Origin: the human T2T-CHM13v2.0 reference genome, Homo sapiens
Assembly: GCF_009914755.1 (NCBI RefSeq)
Contig: NC_060926.1
Length of the DNA: 64,000 nucleotides
Strand: one strand, 5' to 3'
The translations under genes were made by a program, and so were the position numbers. The notes under the pieces were generated by a model, which saw only the letters and a list, made by a program, of their open reading frames with translations, made no database searches and had not been told where the DNA came from. Of this stretch, positions 11,826 through 26,764 are shown piece by piece (the stretch's first letter is position 1; each line of letters starts with the position of its first letter).

Positions 11826-14800
11826 ACTTCTGCTTCTGGCTAAAATGAAGTAATATGGACAAGATGTAACTTCATGACTGAAAAGAAAATTTTAAGAATC
11901 ATACAAAAATTATGGGTTTTTAAGACATTGGAGATCCCCTAATTAAAGACAGTGATCTTTGAGAGACATGAAACAAATGAGATGAGGCTGATAATTGCCC
12001 TATCTTACTACCTGGAAAGACTCATTGGGCCTCGATGCCAGGACAGGAAACACAGGAAGGACTTAATGATCTCCCTGATATGAGCAAACTGAGTTGGGAG
12101 TCCAGGGAGGTAAAGGTGGCTAGAGTTTTCAGGGCTGGGTATGTGACAGGAATGAGCTTCATAGAAAGAAGCTTTAGAGCCTTGGCCTACTTAAGTTCTC
12201 TGCTGAGTACTGATTAGTACATCCATGTGAAGAAACTACCCAAGGCCAAGAAAAGAGCCACCCAAAAGGATTAGAGGGAATAAACCCAGGAGTTAACACA
12301 TAGCCAGGAATAGTTACTTTTACCAAAATCCAGAGTAGAAATTTTACTAATTAATGGTGAATTAGCTAGACTGCTAAAAAAGGTTTTAAATCACTGGTAG
12401 AGCAAAATTAACCCTAGAATAAATGTTGCTTTGATAAAGGCTAAAAAGCCTTAAAAGCAAGAGACGAATGACCAAATGGTTTCTAAATGATGTAACCGTT
12501 TCCCAGAAAAAGAGTTCAAGAATATTTATAGGAATAGGTAGATATCCAACATCTAATAAGGTAAAATACATAATGTCTGGCATCCAATCTGTTCTGCAAG
12601 GAGGCATGAAAATATAACTCATAATGAGGAAAACAAATAAATCAATATAAACCAACCCAGAAATGACTCAGATAATGGAATTAGCAGACAAGAACTTGAA
12701 AACTGAATTATAAGTGTATTCCATGTGTACAAGAAACTAGAGAGAAGATTGAACACATTAAATAGAGATAAAAACGATATTAAAAATACAAAAGACAGAA
12801 TCCTAGATCTTAAAACTTTAATATCTAAGATTTAAAATACCGATTTAGAATTACCAGTAGATTAGACATAGCAGACAAAGAGACTTTTGTGCCTGAATAC
12901 ACAATACGAACTATCCAAAATGAAACACTCAGAGAAAAGTCTTAAAAAAAAAAAAAAGAGCACAACTTCAGTGAGTTGTAGTACATTTCAAGTGGTCTAA
13001 TATACATGTAATCAGAGCCTTCAAAGGAAAGGAGTAAAACAAAAATTATTTGAAGACATAATGACTAAATCTTTTCTAAATTTGATGAAAATTGTAAGCC
13101 CACAAATCCAAGATTCTCAACAAATTTTCAAGCATAAGAAACATGAAGCAAACTACATCAAACTACATCATAATCAAATTGTTTAAAACCAGTGATAAAG
13201 AGGAAATCTCAAAAACAGTAAAAAAGACACATTACATTAAGAGGAACAAAAATAAAGATGACAGCAAAATTCTCACTGGAAACAATGCAAGCCAAAAGAC
13301 ATTAGATCAACATCTTTTTACGGATGTTGTTCAACGAAAAAAAACTGTCAATCTACAACTCTATGCTCAGAGAAAATATGTTTCAAAAATGAAGGCAAAG
13401 ACACAAAGACGTTTTTAGACATATAACTGACAACAACTTTATTACCATCAGTCAAAAAATATGTTGAAGCAAGTCCTTCAGACAGAGAAAATGATACCAT
13501 ATGGAAATTGGATCTGTGCAACTGAATGATGAGAACTGAAATGTAAGTATGTGAGTAAATAAAAGGACTTAAAAATAGTTTAAAATGTTTAAAAGGTATT
13601 TGACTGTTTAAAGCAAAAATGATAATGTATAGTTGGGGTTATAACATATGTAGAATTAAAAAGTATAAAAAGATCAAAAAGTTTAAAGGGGAAATGGAGG
13701 CATCCTGTTGTAAGTTTCTTATACTACACAGAAATTGATATCTTATTTGGGGTAGACTACAATAGATTAAATGTGCATACTATTAAACAGTAAAGCAACA
13801 GTCAAGAAAACAAGAGTAATAAACTAATGAAAAAAATAGAAAATCAAATTGTAAAAAAAGCACTCAACCCAACAGAGGATGGGAAATGAGAAAAGAGCAT
13901 AAAAAGAACAGCACAAACAGAAAACAAATAATAAGATGGCAGATTAAAATACAATCACATCAATAATCATATTAAATATTAATGATCAAAAAACTCAAAA
14001 AGGCAGAGATTATTGAGTAAATTTAAAAAAGCAAGAACACACTGTATATGGTCTACAAAAAAACCCTTAAGTATAAATAAACAAATATATTAAAAACAAA
14101 AAGATGGAAAAGGGCATGGCATCTTAACACTAATCCAAGGAAAGATATAATGTCTATATTAATATCAGACACAGGAGAATTCAGAGGAAAAATATTACCA
14201 GGGATAAAAAGTACCACTTCATTATAATAACAGGGTCAATTCATTGAGAGGTTTTAACAATCCTAAATGCTTATGCACTTATCAATAGAGCTTCGAAACA
14301 CCTGGAGCAAAAATTAATAGAACTTTAAGCAGAAATATACAAATCCACAAATGTAGTTGGAGATTTTAATACCACTCTCTCCATGACTGATAGAAAGTAG
14401 ATAAAAAATTAAGTAAGGATGTAGAAGTTTCTAAAAGGTGATCAACCAACTGATCTTATTTAAATTTTTAGAATACTCAACAATAGAGTGAGGAGAGTAC
14501 AAAAATACATTATTTGATGACAGTTAAATTATTAATAGAAAAATCAATAGTGAGAAAATATGTGGAAAATATTCGAATATCTGAAAATACCCACATAACC
14601 ACATATTTATTTGTAAATATGAATATCACATTTATAAAAACTCATATGTGAAAGAGGAAATCGTAAAGGGAATTTTAGAATGTATTTTCAATTGAATGAA
14701 AATGAAATGCCAAATATCAAGTGTAAAATAAAAAGCTATAAAACTTCTAGAAGAAAAAACACAAATCCTTGTGATTAGAGTTTTCAACCTTGGCACTATT

Positions 14801-16145
14801 GACATTTGGGACTAGACAATTCTTTTGCATGGGGTGGGACGGGGCGGAGAGGGAGCGTGTGCATACGCATGTATGTAGGGGGTGTCATTTTCTGTGTGTT
14901 GCAGGATGTTTAACATTTTCTCTTGCCTCTACCCTACATGCCAGTAGCAACCCCCCACTGACACTAATTGTGATGACCAAAAATGTTTCCAGACTTTGCC
15001 AAATGTGAACTGGGGGAATTGAGAAAATTGCCCCCAGTTGAGAAGCACTAAAGATAGATATTTTACATAGAATATCAAAACACAGACCACGAAAAGAAAA
15101 ACATAATAAATTTGATTAATCAAAATTAAGAATTTTTGCTTTCTAAAGAGATTGTATAAAGTATGAAAAGACAAGCTACAGAACGGCAGGACGCATCTGC
15201 AAATAACATGTCTGGTAGATGACTTGTATCCAGAATATATAAAGGACTTCCAAAATTCAATAATAAGAAAGCAAACCACGAAATAAAATTATTAGGCAAA
15301 ACATTTGAAACAATCACTTCACCAAAATGATATATGGATGGCAATTAAGCCCATGAAAAGGTGCTCAGTATTGTTAGTTATTAGAAAAGTTCAAATTAAA
15401 GCCACAATGATATACAACTGCCAAAGAATTAGAAGCTAAAACTAAAACAGACTGGGCATACCAAGTGTTGGCAAGAAGGTGGAACAACAGAAACCCTCAT
15501 ACACTACTAACAGGAATGTAAAATATTACCACAACATTGGAAAACAGTTTGGCAGATTCTTTAAAATTTAAATATTTACCTACCATGTAATACAACCATT
15601 CTATTCCTAGGTATTTACCTAAAAAAAAAAAGCATATATTCAAACAAAGAATAGTTCATAGATGCTTTATTATGCTCATAGCCGCTTTATTTGTAATAGC
15701 CAAAAACTGAAAAATAAAAATTCTACCAATAATTGAATGGATAGACAAATTGTAGTACATCTAAAGAATGAAATACTAGTTGGCAATTAAAAAGAATTAC
15801 CCATCTTTATATGCAATAACATAAATGGCTCTCAAATATGCTGAGTAAAAAAAGCCAAAAGAAAAAGACAACATAGGATATAATTTCATTTATGTTAAAT
15901 TATAGAAAGTGCAAACTAATCTATAGTGACAACAAATAACTCAGCGATTGAAGATGAGGGGAGACAGGAAGAAACTAAAAGACTGAAAAGGGGTAAATGC
16001 AGACTTTTGTGATAGGTATAGTCATTATCTTGCTTATGTTGATGGTTTTACAGCTATTCACATATGTCATAAACCTACCAATTTACACACTTTAAATGTG
16101 TACAGTTTATAGTGTGTCAATTATGCCTTAATAAAATCATTTTTC
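11826..16145 (+). mobile_element. Old L1 (L1ME/L1M5-type): 5' region, ORF1 remnant, endonuclease remnant, large internal ORF2 deletion, 3' UTR
   Basis: ORF 13143-13418 (YIIIKLFKTSDKEEI) resembles L1 ORF1; EN-like gtagttggagattttaatacc; L1ME-type 3' end with AATAAA and an A tail. Confidence 0.8.
14778..15049. mobile_element. MER20 (hAT-Charlie) inside the L1
   Basis: ttttcaaccttggcactattgacatttggg ... aaaaatgtttccagactttgccaaatg ... cccccagttgagaagcact. Confidence 0.85.
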
Positions 16146-16789
16146 TAAAAAAAAAAGTACCTAAACAAAATCACATGTAATTCCTTTGATAGCTATAATA
16201 TAAACATGTGATTTATGGTGAAAAAAAGGATAATTTGGGGAAGAATTGAAAGCAAAATTTTTTAAATGAAGGACAAACTTGTCATAGGCAATAAATATTG
16301 ACACATTTTTTAGTTGGTAATTTTGCTGCACTGTTTTATGAGAGAAATTTAGCACTGTTAATTGTTAATTCACACTGTTAATTGTAAATTTTGCAACAGC
16401 ACCATGATTCTGTTCCATACTGATTTCTAGTGACTATGTGATGAGAATGATAGAGAATGACTCTAGAAGGGCAAAGAACTTAGAATGTTTCCTCCAATGT
16501 CTCTTCAGTACACACAATTTTAAAGGACAGGATAATAAATGTTTCCCAGGTGAGGAGAAGGGACAGGAATTGAGGAGTTTAAATATTATAGATGAAAGGA
16601 AAGTCCCTGTCTTTCTCACCCCAATTGAGGAATTAATCTCCTTCATGAGGAGAGGCTGTCCACTATACACAGGAGAAACAGTCATTCTTAGAACCATCTT
16701 TTCTACATTCATTAGTTCTCAATCATTACCATTTAGAAAGAGCTTTGGATCATGGGGAAGAAAACAAAAACAAACAAACAAAAATACAT

Positions 16790-16930
16790 AAGGTTGGAAG
16801 CCAGACAGATTTGAATTTGAATCTTGGATATTTCACTCATTAGCTGAGCCTTGGTTTTTAATCAGTGGAATGGATAAATTAATGTCAGTATTGCAGGATT
16901 ATTGTGAAGATTAGAGAAAATTTCCATAAA
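16790..16930 (+). mobile_element. MIR fragment
   Basis: ttggaagccagacagatttgaatttgaatc ... caggattattgtgaagattag. Confidence 0.7.
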
Positions 16931-16981
16931 GGATCAAAGGTGATAGGAAGAGAGAAGGCTGAAATTGTCTAAGCTTCTTCA

Positions 16982-17740
16982 TATTCATTCATTCATACAT
17001 TTATTTATTCATGTGGCCACTTTTTATTTTAGCCTGTACTATGTATCAGAGGTCAGACACTCCTCTAGATGCATGAGTCAATCATTGAAAAAGATGTAAC
17101 CTTGTTAAATTACAGCAGAGAGGCCCACAGTTAAAATAAATATGGTAAATAAATAAATTACATCATTTGTTAGAAGGTGAAAAATTAAAGCAAGTTAAGG
17201 GAATTCAGTAGCATAAAAATGGGGCTAGTTTTAATTTTAAATTGGAGGAGGGGGTGTTCAGGGTAAGCCTCACTGAGATAGTGACATTTGACAAAAGAGA
17301 TAAGGGAATTCCCATTGTGAATATTTGATGGAATGACATTCCAGGCAGAGAGAAAGCTAGTGCAAAGTCTTAAAAGCTAAAGAACACCAATGAAAAACCA
17401 TGAAAGACTAAGGAGAAGAAAGTAGATGAAGTTAGAGATATATGTGGGTGGTGGAGGGGGCAGAGAGAGGTGACTAGTAGAGATTGTACTGAGTCTTGTG
17501 CTATTTTAAGGACTGACTTGCTACAAGTGAAATAGAAAAAAATTTTGACTAGAGGAGTGACATAATCTGACTTATATTTTAAAAAGATCACTCTGGCTAC
17601 AATATTAAGACTAAAATGGGTAAGTATGAAAGCAGGAAGAATAGTTGAGAGGGTATTACTGGGCTCTAGGAGAGAAACAATAATGGCTTGGCCCTAGTTA
17701 GAGGAGGTGAGGTGGATATATTGTAAAGACAGAACCAATC
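16982..17740 (-). mobile_element. L2 3' fragment
   Basis: (ATTC)n tail; ggaatgacattccaggcagag; gagtgacataatctgacttatattttaaaaagatcactctggct. Confidence 0.8.
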
Positions 17741-18479
17741 CTTCTGTCTTTTTTGAGGACAACAGGCAAACCCTGAATGAAGCCAACAGTTTGAAGCCCT
17801 CTTTCCTTCCTAGCCAGGCAGTAGACTGGGTTCAAAGAACTGTATCTAGGATCCATGGTTGTGCATAAGCATGACTTTCCATAATTTGGAAATCCCTATA
17901 AGTTAATGCGACTATGCCTCATGTTTCTGTTCAAAATTTTCTGAGAAATTGGAAAGGAAGCCAAGCCTTCTTTAGCTTTTAAGCTGAGAGAATCCAAGGA
18001 GCCAAAGTGGATTTTTCCTGGTAGCAGTGATAGGGTCTAATAATCTGCTGCTGCTGCTGCTATTGGCTTATAACAGGAGAGACACTGGTTCTCTCCATCA
18101 CGTTCACTGCTGCCTGAAATTATAGTGATGTTCGTTCACTGTCCAGATTGCCCTCAGGAATGATGAACATATTCGCCAGCTTTCAAAAGTACTACCAAAG
18201 GTGGCTTTCAACTGTCCATAGGTGTTAGTCCAAAAACCACTCCCTATTAAAGACAGTGCACACAAATCTCCATTCCAATTCCATTTTCTCAACCCAGGAC
18301 AGTACTATGGCAACTGCACCTGAGATATAGTGAGAAGAACAAACACGTAATCATTCACCTGAGGGTCCAACAGTCTGTTCAAAGAAGAGCAACAAAACAT
18401 TTAGCATAGTTCTTTATTTAAATAGAACCTCTGAGGAAGAACTTTTAAGGAAGAACATTTATAGGAAATATTTCTGAAA

Positions 18480-19300
18480 ATAAAACACATCTTCACAATA
18501 AAAGACACTCTGCAGATATATTAGGGTATGGACACTTGAAATCTCAAATAGAGGATCCAGAGGAAGAAATACCACAAAAAGCAACACAAAAGCACTAACA
18601 CATGGAAAATGTGAGTGAAGATGAGAGATGTAAAGGATAGTACAGGCAACTAATGTAACATTTGAAGAATATTAGTTCTAGCAGAAGGAAAAAAGACTAC
18701 ATGGAAAAGATGAAATGATCAAATAGTAAAAGAAATTTTCTCCAAGCTAAATAAATATTTAAGCTTGCAGATTAAAATGCCTCATCAAATTCCAAGTAAT
18801 GTTGATGAAATAGATTTATGTGAAGGCACAATCTGAATTTTTGAACTGCAAAATTATAAGGAAGCGTTACAAGCTTCCAGGTAGAAAGAACAAGTCACTT
18901 GCAAAGAATAAGAATCATTTGTGTCCAACTTCTTATCTGCTAGAAAGCAAAGGATTAATACTCAGACTACTGAGAAAATAGGATGATAAACTAATCATTC
19001 TTTAGACAGACAAGATACCAGTCTCCTGGAAGAGAGAAAGATATTTGTTAATAGTCAAATATTCAGAGAGTTTATCACCCACATTCATCATTTGAGGATA
19101 ATAGTTTTAAAAAATTATAGTTAAAGCACAGATTTACTAGAGCTGAGAATTTGAGATAAGGAAAATAAAAAGAAAGAAAAGATTAGTAATAACCCTAGCA
19201 GTACAAATGCAGCTAAATCTGAAGGGATAATGATACACTATCTGTCAGGAATATGGAATATAACTTTCTAAGAGATTATACAACTTGTGAAGAAATAAAA
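18480..19300 (+). mobile_element. Highly degenerate HAL1/L1M ORF1-like fragment
   Basis: A-rich sequence with ORF1-like motifs (aagcttgcagattaaaatgcctcatc, acaagcttccaggtagaaagaacaagtcacttgcaaagaa). Confidence 0.5.
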
Positions 19301-21509
19301 TATTAAACTGCCTTAGTAAAATCTAGGAGTATAATTAGGAGCTGGAAAGAAAAAGGCAGAGTAGTTCTGAATGTTTCAGTAGACTAGGGAGATGTGGATG
19401 AAAGGAACAGGGGTCCGAAACACTAAATTGTCAGACTGAGGAGTATGGAGGGGAAATGGGTTGTCACAGAAAAAATACTTTGTATGATTTGGGGGAATGA
19501 TGTAACTGTTTAGGCCTTGTTTGTTCCATTTATTCAGCAAATATTCAATGAATATAAACAGGATGTCATTTATATGTCACACACTTTTCTATGAGTTGAA
19601 GGCACACCATTTGAACAAAACACACAATTTCTATCCTGTTGTGTCTCCAATTTTAATTAAAAAAAGAGAATAAACTGAGAGATACACTGTTTAGAGAAAC
19701 AGAGTATCATAGCGGAGAGTTATATGGATATAGACATAAAAATAATCAGGCATAAAAGAGACCAGACTAGGTACTTCCTTGAAATTCTTGCTTGTCATAC
19801 AATGTATGATTAGTGTAAAAGTTTGCCAGAATACAAATAACATAGTTTTGATATGACCACATTTACCAATACTTAACATAATAATCACCAAATTTCATAA
19901 GAAAAAATGTAGAAATGACTCCAGAACCTACTGGGAAAATCCAAGGGACCTCCAAAATAAAATGGCTGCAAACTCAGCTGCAAACTGTTTCCTTCAACTA
20001 TAAAACTTTGTATTACTTTCCACTTAAATAAAAATAAGTCTTCACCTTGATTCTTACCTCGTATTGGTAAATTTTACTAAATAATTAAGAAAATAAAACT
20101 CTTAAATGACTGTATGAGTGAATAAATAACATGCATATAACCACTCCCAACTCTAAATACCACAGAATAGAAACAACAGCTTTTTATTTAATAAGATCCA
20201 ATTCACTCTTAGGATCTTCACTTTCAGGTACTTTTTCAGAATTTCTTGTGTCTTTTTCTTTACCAGTGTTCTCCACATAAAATGAGTTCAAGTTTCTTTG
20301 CAGTCATTAATCAACCAGCAAAAAAGAAAATGTGTAATATATGCAAATCGAAGTATTTCATCCAAGATTTTTTATTGTGTCTTGTCTATGAATAGAAAGA
20401 TGTATGTATGTTTACATGCAATATCACCTATTTAGCTTGTTTCAGTAGTCTTACTTAATGTTCTGGGGTTTTTTTTCTCTTCCTGTAGTTAAAATAATGT
20501 GTAAGAAAAATGAGTTATATTTTTCTATTAAAATTTTTTAGCCAAAACTACAACACAGACTGAAGGAAAATATTTTCAACATAATCAACTGAAAAACAGA
20601 ACCTAGAATATATAAACTTCATCAAATTTATACAAAAGATAAATAATAGTATACTGTCCAACAGCATACTATGCACAACTAAAATGAAAGAATGAACAAG
20701 TTCTAGACATATCAACATTGGTAAATATATAATCATGTTGAGTTAGAATGGCCAGTTCTAAAAGTTTATTACCATTTGGTATAATGTATGTAAACTTAAA
20801 ATCTGAACTAACAATCCTATAAATGTCGATAGACTATATGCCTTTAAAAAGGGAGGTACAAGGATTGACTGCAGAAATGGACATTCAACTGTATCTATAA
20901 TTTTCTCTTTTAAATGACAAATGTGACAAAATGTAAACATCTTTAAAATCTAGGAAAAAAGTATTTTGGGCTAATTAAAATATTATGCAATTGTTAAATA
21001 TTAAGTCATCTTGCTTTTAAACTGTGTCATAAAATATTGTCTATGTTGCTTTGAGTTATTCTAAGCAGCAAGCAAAAAATATATTATTATTCCTGAAAAA
21101 ATGTGGTAGTTGACACCATTTTTTTGGTTTCTCAAATACTAAATCTGTAATTTTATCTTCAATAAAAAAGTGCTTCTATGCTTCATGAAGCTAGAAATCA
21201 ATTGGAAGAATTTAGAAAAATTCCCAAATACATGGAAATTAAACAACAAGTTCCTGAACACTAAATAGGGCAAAAAGAAAATTTAAAAATTATCTTGACA
21301 CAAACAACAATGGAAATACAGCATATCAAACTGTATATGATGCAGTGAAAGCAGTTCTAAGAAGGAATCTGATAGCAATAAATGCCTACATCAAAAAAAA
21401 AAAAAGATCTCAAGTAAACAACCTAACATTATCTACATAAAAACGAGAAAAGGAAGACCGTAAGCTCAAAGTGAGTAGAAAGAAGAATGTAATAAAGATC
21501 AGAGCATAA

Positions 21510-21838
<329 letters not shown>

Positions 21839-22499
21839 GAAAAAAAATTAACAAAAGTAAGAGCTGTTTTTTTTGAAAAGGTAGACAAAATAAATCATTA
21901 GCTAGACTAAGAAAGGGAGAAAAGTCAAATAGATAAAATTAGAAATTAAAAAGACAACTAATATCATAAAAAGAACAGTAACAGAGTACTATGAACAATT
22001 ATGTATCAACAATTTAGGAAGATTAGAAGAAATGAATAAATTCCTAGACACATACAACCTACCAAGACTGAATTATGAAGAAATAGAAAATATGAATAGA
22101 CCAATAATGAGTGATGAGATTGAATTAGTAATAAAACTATCTCATCAAAGAAAAGCCCAGGACTTGATGGCTTTATTGCTGAATTCTACCAAACATTTAA
22201 AAACCTAACACCAAATCTTCTCAAACTATTTCAAAAAATTGAAGAACAAAAAATTTTTCCAAATACACTTTATGAGGCCAGCATTACCCTAATAACAAAG
22301 CCAAATAAGGATATGACAAGAAAAAGAAATTACAAGTCACTATCCTTGATTAACACAGAAATAAAAATTCTCAACAAAATACTAGCAAATCAAATTCAAA
22401 AGGATATTATGAGGATCATTTATCACGATCAAGTGGGATTTATCCCAGGGATGCAAGGATGATTTAACACATGCAAATCTATGAATGTGAAATACCACA

Positions 22500-23311
22500 A
22501 GTGATATGATTTTATATATATATATAATATTATATATTTTATATATAATATATTATACATTTTATATATAACATATTATATTTTATATATTATATATATT
22601 ATATATATTATATATTATATATATTTTATATAATATATATATTATATATTTTATATAATATATATTATATATAACATATATAATATATATATAGGTTTTT
22701 TTTCACCTTCCTGGCTCATAATTCCCATAGCCCTTATTACAGTCTTTTGTTATAATGTTAGGTATGTTAAACCTCAGGAGCAGGCATCTGGAAACAATCT
22801 CTCTGACCTTTTCCTGCTCTCTAGAGTCCCAAGGTAGGACTATAATTTGATTGTAGGTCTTAAGACTCTCCCTAGAGAGGATTTCACCCTATACCCTTAG
22901 GGAAGGAAGGCTGACATATGAAGCTTCCATGAAAACCCAAGAGGACTGGATTAGGCAAGCTTCTAGATAACCATGGAGGTTCCTGGCGGCTGGCATACCC
23001 AGGCACATGTGCTCCTTACCCCCACCTAGCCCTACACATCTCTTTATTGTAGTTATTGTAATATCCTTTATATTACACTGGTCGACGTGTTTCACTGAGT
23101 TATGTTACTCACTCCAGCAAATTAATCAAGCTCAAGGAGGCGGTCTATCTCCAGGTAGATAGTGTCAGAATTGAATTGGAGAATACTCAGCTGGTGTTTA
23201 ATACTTGTTAATGGGGAAAATAAACCACACATTTGATCACAGAAGTCTTCTGTATTGATTGTTGTGGTGTGAGGGCAGAGGAAAAACATGATTTTAGTAT
23301 TTTTCCCAAAC
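22500..23311 (-). mobile_element. MER21 LTR inserted in L1MA
   Basis: ctccaggtagatagtgtcagaattgaattgg and gcaaattaatcaagctcaaggagg; the L1 resumes at catcacattaacag. Confidence 0.8.
22509..22692. repeat. Expanded AT-rich (TA)n-like low-complexity tract
   Basis: About 185 bp, nearly all A/T. Confidence 0.95.
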
Positions 23312-23651
23312 ATCACATTAACAGCATATAGGTCAAAAACCATATAATCATATCAATAAATGCAAAAAAATTGACAAATTTAACTTTCTTTCATGATGAA
23401 AATAACTATTAATAAATTAGATACAGAGGGAATATACTTCAACACAATAAAGGCCATATGTGACAAGCCCAGAGCTAACATCATACTCAGTGCTGAAAAT
23501 TTGAAAGTGTTTCCTCCATGATCAGAACAAGACAAGGATGTCCCTTCTCACTACTTCTTTTCAACATAACACTGGAATCCTAGCCAGAACAATTAAGCAA
23601 GAGAAAGAAATAAAAGTCATCCACTTCAGAATAGAAAAAGTTAAATTGTGA

Positions 23652-23946
<295 letters not shown>

Positions 23947-24409
23947 AAATTGTCATGGTCTTATATATAGAAAACACTAGACTCCACCAAAATCTGCTAG
24001 AACTAATAAACAAATTCAGTAAAGTTACAAGGTACAAAATCAACATATAAAAATCAGTGATGTTTCTATACAATAAACACAATCTATTCAAAAAGAGAAA
24101 TCAAGAAAACAATTCTATTTACAATAGCTACAGAAAAAATAAAATAGGAATAAATTTAACCAGGAAAGTGAAAGAACTGTACGCTGAAAACTGTAAAACA
24201 TTGATGAGAGAAATTAAAGAAGACACAAATAATTGAAAAGATATTTCATGTTCATAAATTAGAAGAAATAATATTGTTAAAATGTCCATACTACTCAAGG
24301 CAATCTACAGATTCAATATAACCCTTATTAAAATTCCAATGACATTTTTTACAGAAATAGAAAAAAATCTTAAAATTCATATAGAACCGTAAGAGATCCC
24401 AAATAGTCA

Positions 24410-24730
<321 letters not shown>

Positions 24731-25477
24731 TGAGTAAAAAGAACAAAGCTAGAGGCATCACACTACCAGACTTTAAAATGTACTGCAAATCTATAGTAAT
24801 CAAAACAGCATGTTACTATTATAGCATATGGACACATACAGAAATGAAACTTAATAGAGAGCTCATAAATAAATCCATGCATTTGAAATCAACTGATTTT
24901 TGACAAAGGCACCAATAACACACAATAGGGAAAAGACTTTCTTCAGTAAATAACGTTGGGACAACTGGATATCCATATGTAGAAGAATGAAACTAGACCT
25001 TTTTTTCCACACCAAATACAAAAATCAACTCAAAATTGATTAAAGACTTAAATGTAAGATCTGAAACTGTAAAACTACTAGAAAGGAACATGGGGAACAG
25101 CTCCATGACATTGGTATGGGAAATACATTTTTGGATATGAACGCAAAAGCACAGGGAACAAAAACAAAAATAGGCAAATGGGATTATATCAAACTAAAAA
25201 ACTTCTGCACACTCAAGGAAAATATCAACAGAGTGAAGAGGCAACATACAGATTGAGAGAAACTATTTGCAAACCATACCTCTGATAAGAGATTAATATC
25301 CAAAATATATAAGAAACTCAATATTACTTTTAGAAAACCAAATAATTAATTTTTAAAATGGGCAAAGGTCTTGAGTAGACATTTCTCAAAAGAAGACATA
25401 CAAATGGGCAGCAGGTATACGAAAAATATGCTAAACACCACTAATCATCAGAAAAATGTAAATTAAAACCACAAGAC

Positions 25478-25586
25478 AGATGACGGGTTGACAGGTGCAG
25501 CAAACCACCATGGCACATGTATACATATGTAACAAACCTGCATGTTCTGCACATGTATCCCAGAACTTAAAATAAAATAAAAAATT
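25478..25586 (+). mobile_element. L1PA 3' terminal fragment of about 105 bp, nested in L1MA
   Basis: ggtgcagcaaaccaccatggcacatgtatac...gttctgcacatgtatcccagaacttaaaataaaataaaaa. Confidence 0.88.
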
Positions 25587-26764
25587 TTAAAAAGCAAGAT
25601 ATCATCTCATACTTGTTAAGATGGCTATTATCAAAATACAAAAGACAATAAATGTTGACAAGGTTGTGGTGAGAAGGAAACCACTGTACAGTGATGCGGA
25701 TAATGTAAATTAGTGTAGCCACTATAGAAAACAGTATGAAGCTTCCTCCAAAAATTGAAAATAAAACTACCGTATGATCCAGTAATCTCACTATTGGGTA
25801 TGTATTTAAAGAAAATGAAATCAGTATGTGAAAGATACCTGAACTCTCATTTTCATTGCAGCATTATTTATGACAGCCAAAATATGTATCAACGTATGAC
25901 TAGATAAAGGAAATGTGAGATATATACGTATAACAGACATACAATGGAATACCATTGTACATATAATAGACATATATTGTATATTGGATACATATAAAGG
26001 AATATCATCCAGCTTTAAAAAGAAGGAATTCCTGACATTTGAGAAAACATGGATGAACTTGGAGAACATTACATTAAGTGAAATAAGCCAAGCACAGAAA
26101 GACAAATACAGCATGATCTCACTTATATATGGAATCTAAAAAAGTTAAATTCATAGAAGTAGAGAGTAGAATGGTGGTTACCAGAGGCTGGGGTGAGGGG
26201 TGAGGGGTGAGGGTGGGGAGATGTTGGTTAAAGGATACAAAATTTCAGTTATATAGAAGGAGTAAGTTCAAGAGTGCTATTGTGCAACATGATGACTGTA
26301 GTTAATAACAATATATTATATTCTCAAAAAATGCTAAGAGAGTAGATGTTGTGTTGTCACCACAAATGTGATAAGTGTGTGAGGCAATGCATATGTTCAT
26401 TAGCTCAGTGTAGCCATTCTGCAATGTATACGTATTTCAAAACGGCATATTGTACATGATCAATACATAAAATTTTTATCTGTCAATTAAATAACAATCA
26501 TAATAGCTATAGAAAATACAACTACAATAAACATTCTTGCCAAGAAGCTTATAAAACCACCCACAAAGTTAACAAATATAGTTTACGAAGGGAAAATAAA
26601 AACAAAATAGTATATCTATGCTCCAGAAAGTTCATTCTTATATTTTGTTTTATGAGGATATTTTAAAAATGCAATCAGAAAAATATAATATCTAATTCTG
26701 TGTTAAAGTTGAATGTGCCCATATAAAGAATTAAAAGTGAACATTTTTCTACTTAAAATCATAG

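Noticed and set aside
13143-13418. 91-aa ORF, plus ORFs at 24628, 25915 and 44209
   Set aside because: Remnants of dead L1 elements, broken by stops and frameshifts
16438-16791. Longest ORF outside repeats and the CpG island (117 aa) with an overlapping antisense ORF
   Set aside because: No recognisable domain, promoter or exon structure; the length is compatible with chance in 64 kb across six frames
18045-18061. (CTG)5-6 tract
   Set aside because: Too short to be unstable and not in a recognisable exon
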